Of a stretch of DNA of 64,000 bases, positions 12,801 to 20,410 are shown in pieces. The stretch is from an uncultured Pseudomonadales bacterium (GTDB taxonomy: Bacteria; Patescibacteriota; Microgenomatia; UBA1400; UBA12028), in assembly GCA_964509365.1 (NCBI GenBank), contig CAZDWN010000001.1, forward strand, positions 214,966 to 278,965, in the 5' to 3' direction. The notes under the pieces are model-generated. The model was not told the origin of the DNA and made no database searches. It was given only the letters and a program-made list of their open reading frames with translations. Both the position numbers and the translations under genes were made by a program. The first letter of the stretch is position 1; each line of letters begins with the position of its first letter.

Positions 12801-15800
12801 ATTTGACTGATGCCACCGGTATCACCAATGCGATCAATGTCGCAGGAAACAAGATCAAAGGGACGACTGGATCAATCGACTACACCAACTTTGATGTCGA
12901 TGGCGCGACTGGGAATATCACCGTTGCCGCGGGTGTTGGACTCGATTCGAATGCCGCAGGAATCTTGGCACTTGGAAATACGACTGCGACTACGGTAAGC
13001 ATTGGTTCGACAGCTGCAACGACTTTAAATCTTGGTGCAAGTGGATCCTTAACGCGAGCCATCAATATCGGTACTGGAACTGGAGCGGACACAATCAACA
13101 TCGGTACTGGTGGAACAGCCGCAGATGCCATCACCATCGGAAATAATGCTTCAAGTACATCCCTGGCATTCACTTCAGGGACTGGGGTACAGACATTTAC
13201 CAGTTCAGCGACGAGTGGAAATGCATTTGTATATGCCGCAAACGCGTTGACGTCTGGAAATGAACTCAACCTTTCATCAACATCCACGACGTTGACTTCA
13301 GGAAAATTGGCTTCCTTTGACTGGAGCCCAGGATCTGCGACACTCGCGACTGGAGATTTGTTCAACATCAACATTGGCACTAACGGTACCACCACTGGAA
13401 ACCTCTTCTCTGTCAGTGATACCGCCAGTAATCTCTTCACAGTGTCTGAGTCTGGCATCACTGCAAACTTGCCTACGGCCTTCACTGCTGCTGGCGACGT
13501 GACGATGGCCTATGACCTGCAGTTTACCAATCAAACTTCAAGCTTTATCAAGAGTAAAGCTCCGTTGTATCTTGACGTCGGTGAGACATTCGAAAACAAT
13601 GATTTGACGCTTCGCACTTACAATTTCGGTCGAGTCATCGCTGATGTTTCAAACAATGGTGGCGTCTTAATCTCAAGTAACCCAGCAGCGTCCACTCAAA
13701 ATGGATTGCTGCAAGTCAATGGTGCCGCGACTGGAAAAGCACTCGCAATCTTTAATGAAACTGGCGATCAAAAAATCTTGAGTGCTTCTGCCTCTGGGAC
13801 GACAGTTGCGACATTGGATCGAGCTGGCCAATTTACGGTCAACACGACGACTGCAAATGCCGACAAACTTGCACTCAAAGGCAATGCGACTGGCTCGAAC
13901 TCATTTACGGGGACCTTGAGTACAGCCGACTTGACTGTCGGAGATCAGACCTTCAATCTTCCTGATCTAGCTGCCGCCACTTCTGCCACGATCTGTGTCT
14001 CGACCGGAAACTGTGCTGGCTTGGGTACGGGAGTGACGCAATCAGGCACGAATGCGAGCGGCCAAATCGCGTACTTTACAAGCACAAACAATATCACTTC
14101 AGATGCAACCTATCTCTTGAGTCCAAATGCAACCACGGGAACTGCACTGTCACTGACTGACACTGCATTGACAACTGGGAAGCTCACCTCTTTCTCTGGT
14201 ACGAGTACTCCAGTCGCAAACACGGCCACGACGCAGAACTTGTTTGCAGTCACCTACGCACAAGGCACCGCTGCCAACACCAATGGCTTCGTCGGCCTCG
14301 GAGTGAACTTTACAAATAGTCCGACCATCGCTGGAAATACAGAGTATGCCGCTCAAATTCAAAACCAAGTGACCACCAACACAACAGACAACGCAGTCGC
14401 TGCTCTCCTCCGACTTGATAATGCGGACACGAGTGGCACGGGTTCCACAGTCGTCACTGATGCATTGCAGATCAGTAACTCGGGAGCCATTGCAGCTGGT
14501 GTCACCAACGGTATTGCCTTCAGATCAACCACCATCGACACTGGTATCAACTTTGTCTCCACTCCGACAACCAACTACATCAGTGGCACGAACTTCAACG
14601 TCGCTGCAACCGGTGCGATCACGGTCGCCGGTGGAGTTGGTCTTGATACCAATGCATCTGGAGTCTTGGCTCTAGGCAACACGACAGCGACCACGGTCAA
14701 CATCGGCAATACTGCTGCGACCACGCTCGCGCTCGGAGCTGGAGGAGCACTCACTCGCACGATCAATATCGGTACTGGTACTGGCGTGGATACGATTCAT
14801 ATTGGTGATGGAGGGACTGGAGCTGATGTCATCACAATTGGGAGTACAAATGCCGGTAATGTCTCCATTAAGAGCGCAGCAGCCCTAAATCTCACCGGTG
14901 GAACGAGCTCGTTGATTGATTTCCCGAACTTTGATGTCAGCACAACCGGCCTTGTCACTTTCCTCGGTGGCCTGACTCCAGACATCACCACCCAGTCAAA
15001 TAATTCCTTGACCATCACGCCTGCTGGTACTGGCGACTTAGTGTTCGCTGGTGATGCTGATACCACGTTTGAAAATAATTTATCAAATACCTCAGCATTC
15101 AATATCAATGGGACGACTGCATCATCAAGAACAGGCGTCGATATGGTGACAATCTCGCAAGCAAGTGGCGCAGGCTCATCAAATTCAAACTTGCTGCAAC
15201 TTACAAATAATGACGCTGATTCCACTTCAGCTGCACTTGCAATTAGCCAAGTTGGAAATGGCACCGGCATCGATATTTCAGGAGTGACTTCAGGATCCGG
15301 AATCACGCTGGCGCTAGCTCTCTCGGCTGGGGGATCAGGAATCGCATTCCCAGTTGGATATGGCATTAGTGATGCATACGGAATTATCTTTAATGGCAGC
15401 GGTACTGTCACTGCAGGACTATCAGGCTCGATGATTGAGGCGTCACCAACTCGTATCTATCAAGGAGCTGGGACTATCAGTGAAACTGGCAACTTCTTGA
15501 AACTAGCAAGGACCGAAACTCAAAATACAGGCGTCGGGACTATCGCGATCACCGGTGACGTTGCTTCACTGTCGTCTACGTGTACGATCTCAGGCGGAGT
15601 GTGTACCGATAACTCAAATATTTTGTCATTGGCACAAAACTTTGCATCTGCCACGGGTGCCGTACTCGATATTACGAACGCAGGTACCGGAAAAGGAACA
15701 TTGCTCACATCCTCCTCCACTGGAGATTTGATGGAACTTGATTCTTCGGGAGCAGTGACGACGACCAATGGCTTGGTCATCGCAGCCACGAATGGCTCTG

Positions 15801-18800
15801 GAGTCATCACGAATGCACTCAATGTATCTGATGCTGAGATAGTCAACGCCATCAACGTCGGCGCCAATGATATTACGGGTACGACCTATACACAGTACGC
15901 AACCGCTGGCGATCTGACGTTGGATTCTTCAAACGATATCAATCTTGATGCAGATGGTGCCGATGTGATTTTGAAAGACAATGGTGTCGTCTACGGCAAT
16001 CTTTCAAATTCAGCCGGTGCACTTTCAATCACTTCAAATACCACGAATGCTGCCAGTCTAGATACGGGCGCTGCTGGAGCGGTCAACATTGGAAACGCAA
16101 ATGCTTCTTCAGTAAACATTGGCGCTACTGCTGCCACGACCATCAGTATTGGGAATGGTGGAGCGTTGACACGAGCCATCAATATCGGTACAGGGACTGG
16201 TGCAGATACGATCAATATTGGTACTGGTGGAACCACCGCCGATGCCATCACTATCGGCAACAATGCTTCGAGTACTTCCCTCTCCTTCACCTCAGGCACC
16301 GGAGCTCAGACATTTACCAGTTCAGCAACCAGTGGAAATGCTTTTGTATATGCCGCAAACGCACTGACGTCTGGGAATGCCTTGAGTCTCTCATCGACGG
16401 CGACGACGTTAACCTCAGGGAAACTCGCCTCCTTTGACTGGAGTCCAGGGTCAGCGACACTCGCATCTGGTGACTTGTTCAACATCAATATTGGCACCAA
16501 TGGCACCACTACAGGAAGCTTGTTCTCTGTCAGTGATGCTGGGAGCAACCTCTTTACTGTCTCTGAGACTGGAGTTACTTCAAATCTCCCAACCTCATTC
16601 ACGTCAGCTGGAGATGTCTCGATGGCATATGACTTGCAATTTACGAATCAAACCTCAAGCTTTATCAAGAGCAAAGCACCACTCTACTTGGAAGCCGGAG
16701 AATCATTCGAAAGTAACGATTTGACGTTGCGTACGTATAACTCAGGTCGAGTCGTCCTGGACAATATCTCTGGAGGATACGCCCAGCTGAACTTCTTGGG
16801 CAAATCAACAACTGGTGATCCGGCAACTTGTTTACCAGGTGATATTTACTTCAACAGTACTGATGCGACCGTCAAAGCGTGTACAGCAAGCAATACGTGG
16901 GAGACGCTTGATGGCGGTGGAACTGTAACTGGATCAGGAGCAACAAATCAAATGGCATACTGGACGTCTGCTTCGAACTTATCTACATCTGGGAACTTCA
17001 CGTTTAATCCAAGCGCGACGAGCACTACTCAAAATGCAATTAGTAACAACGCATTGACGACTACCGGTCAGTTACTCACCTTGAGTTCGTCAGCTACTGG
17101 ATTGACCAGCGCAGGTTCAAACTTGGGATCGCTGTTTGATGTCACTGAGTCAGGAGTCATGACTGGATTCACTGGTTCACTTGCCAGCATCAATGCTTCT
17201 TCAATCAATAACGTTGGGAACACTGGAAATGCACTTAATATCAACTTAGCTGGCGCTGCTAATATCATGAAGGCAGTGAATATCACCGATAACTCGACCG
17301 GCGCACTGACGAACGGAGCGTTCTATATGAACATGACCGGCAACCACACCGGTAGTGCGTTTGCGATCGATGATGTGACGACAGCAGGAAACGTCATGAG
17401 CTTGCGTGACAATGCGCTGACTACTGGGACCGCGTTCCTTGCCTCACACACGACGTCAGTCATCGCCGCTGGTGGATCTTTGATTCGTGCCACATCAAGT
17501 TCAAACGACACCTCGACGACGACCGGTACACTGCTTGATCTCCAGTCATCTGGATCAACCGCTGGCACGATCGCCACGATTACGAATAACACAGCTTCCT
17601 TTACTGGTATCTCTGAGAGCATTTCAAACACAGGATTGACGACGGGAACTGGGCTCAACATTGCTGGTGGTTCCACCATGGCCGCGGGAGGAAAACTCAT
17701 TAATCTTGATATGAGTACATCCACAGCCGGCAATGGCCTCAACATCTCGTCTACCGGCGTCTACGCTGGGACAGGACTTGAGACATTGAGCTCGACCGGA
17801 TTGACCACTGGGACGGTACTGTCAGTTGCTTCGTCAGGAAACAGTCAAACAAGCGGCAAATTAATAAACGTCGCACAAACTGGCGTCACCACCGGATTCA
17901 CTGGCAACTTACTCAATCTTTCCTCGACGAGTACGACTGGAGCTGCGACATTTATCAACCTAGCAGCAGACGCCTCGACAGTCGGAATCGGACAAAAAAT
18001 CTCAATGAATGCACTGACCACTGGTACTGAACTCAGTTTGACGTCTACGTCAACCGCGATCACTTCCGGTAACATGTTTAGCTCTTCACTGACCGGAGCA
18101 TCTGCATTCACTGGTAACCTCAATTACTTTGACTGGACATCATCCGCAGCCACCGCCACTGGCGACCTGATGCGACTGCACATTGGTCCAAACAATAACG
18201 TGGGCAACTTGTTCAACGTCGTTGACGACACGACCAGTCTCTTCTCCATCTCAGAAGCAGCGGTCACTTCAAATCTCCCGACTTCATTCACTGCAGCTGG
18301 TGATGTCTCGATGGCGTATGACTTGCTCTTCACTAACCAAACATCCAGCTACATCAAGAGCAACGGACCACTTACGATCCAATCTGGTGAGAGTTTTGAG
18401 AACAACAACTTGACCCTGCAAACCTTCGGAACTGGAGCGATCATCCCAAGTGGAAAGTTTGCATTTGGATCACAACTCACGCTGACTGCAAACAGCACGA
18501 CGCCATCGGTGACTGCCGGCAACACGTACATCACTGCAAACACCTCGGGAACATTGATCACAAACTTTACGAATGGGACTCCAGGTCAAGTCATCTTCGT
18601 GAAGATTAATGACGTCAACACAGACTTTGACTGTACCAGTTCAAACATCGTCTGTGGGACCACTGACCTCACCACACCGACCACCGGAGATCAACTCGAG
18701 TTTATTTACGATGGAACGAACTGGAACTTACTCGCCTGGATGTTACCAGCAGTCAACAATGCAGATACCACATTTAGTGGCGGTGTCGACGTGGCTGAGT

Positions 18801-20320
18801 TCTACCCAAGTAGCGAGTCACTGCAGGCCGGAGATGTGATCAGTATCGATGCATCCACACCAGTGACAATCAAGAAAGGCGCTCAAGCAGATGGCCAGAA
18901 AGTGATCGGTATCATCTCTACTCAACCTGGTATGACTTTGGGAACTCAGACTCCAAACTCCTACAAAGTCGCACTTGCTGGTCGAGTCCCAGTCACTCTT
19001 GATCCAAATTCTCAAGCAATTCAGCCTGGTGACTTCCTCGCCGCATCTTCAGTCTCTGGAAAAGCAATCAAAGCCACGAGTGGCTACATCATCGGTCGAG
19101 CACTTGAGACATGGACACCAGGCAATGGGACAAATTCTGTCACCGTCTTTGTTGAGACTCACTACATCGATCCAATGATGGCATTGACGACGACTGGGAA
19201 TATGGCGATTGCCGAAGTCGTCAATGGCCAGATGCCATCCACTTTCTCGCTTGCGAATGCAAGTTCGTTCACCGACCGCATTGGGATCTTTACCAAGGCA
19301 ATCATCGCCAATTTGACTGCTGGTCGAATCAATTCGACTGAAGTGAATACGAGTCGCCTCTCGATTGATGGAAAGAGCGTCCAACAGTTGATTAGTGAAG
19401 CAGTGCAAAATGCATCTGTAAGTGGCACGTATGATGGAAACGCGACTATCTCTGGTCAGTTAGTTGCGCAAACGGCATCTGTCTCCGGTGATGCAACCGT
19501 GTCCGGCACTCTCTATGCCGATCGCATCGCCGCATTGGATCCAATCAAATCAGCACTGGACCTCAACACCGCGTCGATGAGTGCCCTCCTCTCTTCTTGG
19601 TCGAACTGGAGTGCGTCAGCCTCCGCCAATGTGATCACTGCAGATGCTGTCTTTGCAAATGAGTATTTGAATGTCCAAGGGAGTGCCAGTATTACTGATG
19701 CTGCGATCAACCACAGTTTGATTGTCGGCGGCTCACTTGCACTAGATCACAACTCACTGACATTGATTTCGGACAGTGAAGATACTCTGTACATCCAGGC
19801 GACGACATCTGGCAAACTCAACTTACTCGCAGGAACGATGACGTTGTCGACCGAAGGAGGTCTCTTCGTCAACACCAACGCAACTTTTGCCAAAGATGTG
19901 ACAGTCCAAGGGACACTTGAAGCTCGCACACTCGGAATTGCGACAGAGAGTGGCAAACTCGCGATTGCCAATAGTGAGCACTCTGAGGTCGCGAGTATCG
20001 ACGCCTCAGGATCAGCAACCTTCGCCAAACTCGCCTTGACGACAAGTGCTACCAGCTCAGCAGTGGTAAAACTTGACGCAACCGTCGGAAAAGCCACGTT
20101 GAAGAATGGTCAGACATCAGTGACGATTTATACCAACCAGATCTCAGACAAGTCTTTGATCTACATCACTCCGACGAGTAGTACAGGCAACAAAGTGCCA
20201 TTCATCCAGAGTAAGTTCTCCTATGACCCACAAAATCCAAGTATCGTCGGTAGCTTCACCGTCGCGATTGATGCCCCAGTGGCAAACGATATCTCCCTCA
20301 ACTGGTGGATCATCAACTAA
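3872..20320 (+). CDS. giant (5,482 aa) repetitive Thr/Gly/Ser/Asn-rich surface protein with N-terminal excisionase/MerR-type HTH and single TM helix
   Basis: Single uninterrupted ORF of 16,449 nt. aa 10-58 match the HTH_17/excisionase pattern (LSIQEAAHILKVSEKTLRRWEDKNILVPIRTAGGHRRYTLDQLHAF). One TM helix (VVIFASLVLALFALSMIA). Then several families of long internal repeats (LSLGNGSASTISTPSGNAG units; about 200-aa GSGxANQIxYW...TNYISGTNFTVTAAG units; about 190-aa NIGTGTGADTINIGTGG...FIKSKAPLYL units), paired Cys motifs (CLTSGNCxG, CLDGSNNxITC) and a non-repetitive C-terminal region. Antisense ORFs in the track are Pro/Val-rich mirror artefacts. Confidence 0.85.
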   Translation: MDQQSRNSSHLSIQEAAHILKVSEKTLRRWEDKNILVPIRTAGGHRRYTLDQLHAFKSNKKKNREIQASEAIFVPTVEIRPTLIKQAVASPLLHRPAQTRFSFPVKRVVIFASLVLALFALSMIAKPITSSLASIKLPTLRGPLIATKKTPAKAITKASSASVLGIADEYIQFTLNVDTVLNENLRVVKDASIGGTLGVNSGRIASAASSGSIFDDNVSTLTIGSSGTAISIGATTGTTTINNQTTAVRGTLTLIGNRLTSAADLVIDPGGGGVLIGTSTPASIDSASGDLFVSDQFEVKGASYLPTIITNGDTITDFTGTGLQVSAGILSTTLGTSIQSTEIDNSAITSDKLADEAVTEPKLNVTNDASNGYILSSAGDGKFTWVPQNTAVNFFTDAGPNIYITDTTDDLSLGTTSDLAKLGVSGDSDEIQLLARGNTTQTSDILSVQNSSGTSLFSVSGTGVLTASQLNCTSYANGGALTTNASGVISCADDDGGGTASPFQTTAGVANLITPTDDVTVGSNTDYGKLAVAGDSDEVQFLVHGNATQTSFLGVFEQSTGTDVFTIANSGDLVTAGNLAVNGGSITTTSTTANIFNSTVTTLNIGAAATNINIGVVGGTMTIPSNVTITGTLTTAASDFAADGAVTLSPSGTNDITFNLDANSTFILNGVQSGTASNGLCLDGSNNLITCSTVGSLTLQSAYNNDGDGSDTVIALTSADDSVVIRNPASSGTDSGYTFFIDQLNTGNVDGIRVDTAGTGTGIAVNSSSTGTLLSLVASSIGTTTTGISVQNSDTGVITNGLDVSDPEIVNAISLGSNSILTGSGAVTSAELFRLSGKDAALVDTNDAVVTAITGTGALNTGSITSGFGSIDVGADAVAAGTITVNGDSITDFTGNGLQVSGGNLALKLQTATDALSSTISSGSGLETFAGGVAMLQGCTDGQILKWNETTDEWGCANDSGATSAIINVKNNGSSVGTNVDTLNFTTDFLVAESPSGTDNISVADDILNFTELSDSLVLDANTTITAGSALSLTIGNNATLTTTGSGSIIATDLVCADCVALGSETTGNYVATITAGNGLTGDVSSEGSTPTLAVGAGNGILSNANDVAVDQSYGFTFTGNVSFSPSGTNNLSFTGDANSQINLTGLQATSAVSGLCLDASNNVVTCAVGGSMSSFSLAGDSGSDTVSNGQTATIAGGTNGIDTVESGRTVTLNLDTTEITNATFGTGAAGFTWTFDASAGTDTTIAFGNNTQTFTTGTATFTGNLTAQGTTLSLGNGSASTISTPSGNAGLTIAPNGTGTLNLATTNTGNVVIGNGTGSFQLTSSGGLNVSTGGALTGVASLDTISTSATALGFAGTGTLSSGAATALNIVPGTSGALNLATTNTGNVVIGNATGTFVLNSNGGLNVTSGGALTGVASLDTISTSATALGFAGAGTITSAGANALTLDSGSTGTINIGTGTSGKTINVGTSNSNADTINIGSALDTLALAGTTGITGTTTITGTANINSSGAATTNIGTGTGNVVIGNGTGTFALTSNGGLNVSTAGVLSGITGYTQSSGAFSLTLSTTNSALFASTTSGADALAIKPQSALTSAGFTGTVSTVDLTAARTYTFPDATGDVCLTSGNCAGVGGGLTGSGTTGQIAYFNGSGSLTSEASGFAWDATNNRLGIGTDTPTGMLHVTGAVTGKALTIFNETGDQNILAASASGTTVATLDRNGQFMVNTTTANADKIALVGNATGANTFTGSVSVADLTADRTFTFPDATGTVCLTSGNCTGAGGSMASFNLAGDTGSDAVADAQTATIAGGTNGIDTTETGRTVTLNLDATEISGTSSSGATTFSDGTQSTVTWTFNTSGATDTSLAFANNAVTLTAGTTTMSGNLTVQGTALSLGNGSASTISTPSGNAGITIAPNGTGSLNLATTNTGAVTIGNATGAFQLISNGGLNVSTGGALTGVASLDTISTSATAIGFAGVGVLSSGAGTNLSIIPGTTGSLNLATTNTGNVVIGNGTGTFALTSNGGLNVSTAGVLTGVTSIDTIGTTATGLTFAGSGSIVTTTSSALTLDSGTTGAVNLGSGNNAKTINIATGTAGDTVNIATDNSIADTINIASALDTTTIAGSFKLTGLSAQTGSQLCITGGNVVGTCSSGSGVTGSGLANQITYWSSGTAVTGNANFLFNPSNVSGTTTSSSVVLTDASLTTGTNLYVSGTSTPVANTATSQNVIAVTYAQVTAANTNGFTGLDLKFTNASTIAGNTEYAARIQNQASGSSPSDAAIAALLQLDNADTTSGNSIVVTDALQISNSGAIAAGVTNGIAFRSTTIDTGINFVSTPTTNYISGTNFTVTAAGAETLGSNLTVNGTSLSLGNGSASTISTPSGNAGITIAPNGTGTLNLATTNTGAVSIGNATGSFALASSGGLNVSTGGALTGVASIDTIGTSATGLTFAGAGTIVTNTSSALTLDSGTTGIVNLGTGNNAKTVNIATGTAGDTVNIGTDNSIADTINIASALDTTTIAGLFKLTGLSAQTGSQLCITAGNVIGTCASGSGVTGSGVANQIAYWSGTNALTGNANLTFDPTATTGNALALADTSLTTGKLTSFTGTSTPVANTATTQNLFAVTYAQGTAANTNGFVGLGVNFTNSPTIAGNTEYAAQIQNQVTTNTTDNAVAALLRLDNADTSGTGSTVVTDALQISNSGAIAAGITNGIAFRSTTIDTGINFVSTPTTNYISGTNFTVTAAGAATLASNLTVNGTTLSLGNGSASTISTPSGNAGISITPNGSGALALGSGNTGNFTLGNSTGTGAITTSDWVIGTTGNMTGIGNIVADGNISFTPSGTSDITFNTAPGSGANLTITGLTSGTASSGICLDGSNNVITCNAATTVNLQDAYDHDTDTGDTLITFSAADDSLIFRNPASSGTDSTFLLNLDQLASGTQDVLTISQAGTGNAFAITTTNAGTTPAAIKISNSAGTITDAIDLTDATGITNAINVAGNKIKGTTGSIDYTNFDVDGATGNITVAAGVGLDSNAAGILALGNTTATTVSIGSTAATTLNLGASGSLTRAINIGTGTGADTINIGTGGTAADAITIGNNASSTSLAFTSGTGVQTFTSSATSGNAFVYAANALTSGNELNLSSTSTTLTSGKLASFDWSPGSATLATGDLFNINIGTNGTTTGNLFSVSDTASNLFTVSESGITANLPTAFTAAGDVTMAYDLQFTNQTSSFIKSKAPLYLDVGETFENNDLTLRTYNFGRVIADVSNNGGVLISSNPAASTQNGLLQVNGAATGKALAIFNETGDQKILSASASGTTVATLDRAGQFTVNTTTANADKLALKGNATGSNSFTGTLSTADLTVGDQTFNLPDLAAATSATICVSTGNCAGLGTGVTQSGTNASGQIAYFTSTNNITSDATYLLSPNATTGTALSLTDTALTTGKLTSFSGTSTPVANTATTQNLFAVTYAQGTAANTNGFVGLGVNFTNSPTIAGNTEYAAQIQNQVTTNTTDNAVAALLRLDNADTSGTGSTVVTDALQISNSGAIAAGVTNGIAFRSTTIDTGINFVSTPTTNYISGTNFNVAATGAITVAGGVGLDTNASGVLALGNTTATTVNIGNTAATTLALGAGGALTRTINIGTGTGVDTIHIGDGGTGADVITIGSTNAGNVSIKSAAALNLTGGTSSLIDFPNFDVSTTGLVTFLGGLTPDITTQSNNSLTITPAGTGDLVFAGDADTTFENNLSNTSAFNINGTTASSRTGVDMVTISQASGAGSSNSNLLQLTNNDADSTSAALAISQVGNGTGIDISGVTSGSGITLALALSAGGSGIAFPVGYGISDAYGIIFNGSGTVTAGLSGSMIEASPTRIYQGAGTISETGNFLKLARTETQNTGVGTIAITGDVASLSSTCTISGGVCTDNSNILSLAQNFASATGAVLDITNAGTGKGTLLTSSSTGDLMELDSSGAVTTTNGLVIAATNGSGVITNALNVSDAEIVNAINVGANDITGTTYTQYATAGDLTLDSSNDINLDADGADVILKDNGVVYGNLSNSAGALSITSNTTNAASLDTGAAGAVNIGNANASSVNIGATAATTISIGNGGALTRAINIGTGTGADTINIGTGGTTADAITIGNNASSTSLSFTSGTGAQTFTSSATSGNAFVYAANALTSGNALSLSSTATTLTSGKLASFDWSPGSATLASGDLFNINIGTNGTTTGSLFSVSDAGSNLFTVSETGVTSNLPTSFTSAGDVSMAYDLQFTNQTSSFIKSKAPLYLEAGESFESNDLTLRTYNSGRVVLDNISGGYAQLNFLGKSTTGDPATCLPGDIYFNSTDATVKACTASNTWETLDGGGTVTGSGATNQMAYWTSASNLSTSGNFTFNPSATSTTQNAISNNALTTTGQLLTLSSSATGLTSAGSNLGSLFDVTESGVMTGFTGSLASINASSINNVGNTGNALNINLAGAANIMKAVNITDNSTGALTNGAFYMNMTGNHTGSAFAIDDVTTAGNVMSLRDNALTTGTAFLASHTTSVIAAGGSLIRATSSSNDTSTTTGTLLDLQSSGSTAGTIATITNNTASFTGISESISNTGLTTGTGLNIAGGSTMAAGGKLINLDMSTSTAGNGLNISSTGVYAGTGLETLSSTGLTTGTVLSVASSGNSQTSGKLINVAQTGVTTGFTGNLLNLSSTSTTGAATFINLAADASTVGIGQKISMNALTTGTELSLTSTSTAITSGNMFSSSLTGASAFTGNLNYFDWTSSAATATGDLMRLHIGPNNNVGNLFNVVDDTTSLFSISEAAVTSNLPTSFTAAGDVSMAYDLLFTNQTSSYIKSNGPLTIQSGESFENNNLTLQTFGTGAIIPSGKFAFGSQLTLTANSTTPSVTAGNTYITANTSGTLITNFTNGTPGQVIFVKINDVNTDFDCTSSNIVCGTTDLTTPTTGDQLEFIYDGTNWNLLAWMLPAVNNADTTFSGGVDVAEFYPSSESLQAGDVISIDASTPVTIKKGAQADGQKVIGIISTQPGMTLGTQTPNSYKVALAGRVPVTLDPNSQAIQPGDFLAASSVSGKAIKATSGYIIGRALETWTPGNGTNSVTVFVETHYIDPMMALTTTGNMAIAEVVNGQMPSTFSLANASSFTDRIGIFTKAIIANLTAGRINSTEVNTSRLSIDGKSVQQLISEAVQNASVSGTYDGNATISGQLVAQTASVSGDATVSGTLYADRIAALDPIKSALDLNTASMSALLSSWSNWSASASANVITADAVFANEYLNVQGSASITDAAINHSLIVGGSLALDHNSLTLISDSEDTLYIQATTSGKLNLLAGTMTLSTEGGLFVNTNATFAKDVTVQGTLEARTLGIATESGKLAIANSEHSEVASIDASGSATFAKLALTTSATSSAVVKLDATVGKATLKNGQTSVTIYTNQISDKSLIYITPTSSTGNKVPFIQSKFSYDPQNPSIVGSFTVAIDAPVANDISLNWWIIN

Positions 20321-20410
20321 TGACCGCAACAGTCCTTGTCAAATCCTCAGAGCGCAACGCAAGCAAAAAGGTAAAGGTATCAATGCGAATGGAATGGAGA
20401 GAAAGTGATT

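Noticed and set aside
3872-20320. The giant ORF as an NRPS/PKS megasynthase
   Set aside because: No A/C/T/KS domain motifs. The composition and repeat structure are those of a fibrous exoprotein.
4162-20329. Dozens of 60-300-aa minus-strand (and off-frame plus-strand) ORFs inside the giant gene, for example 6241-7020, 7834-8706, 9409-10332, 12880-13485
   Set aside because: They are Pro/Val/Ala-rich mirror images of the G/T-rich sense codons of the 5,482-aa ORF, with no motifs or RBSs. The long sense ORF without stops explains them.
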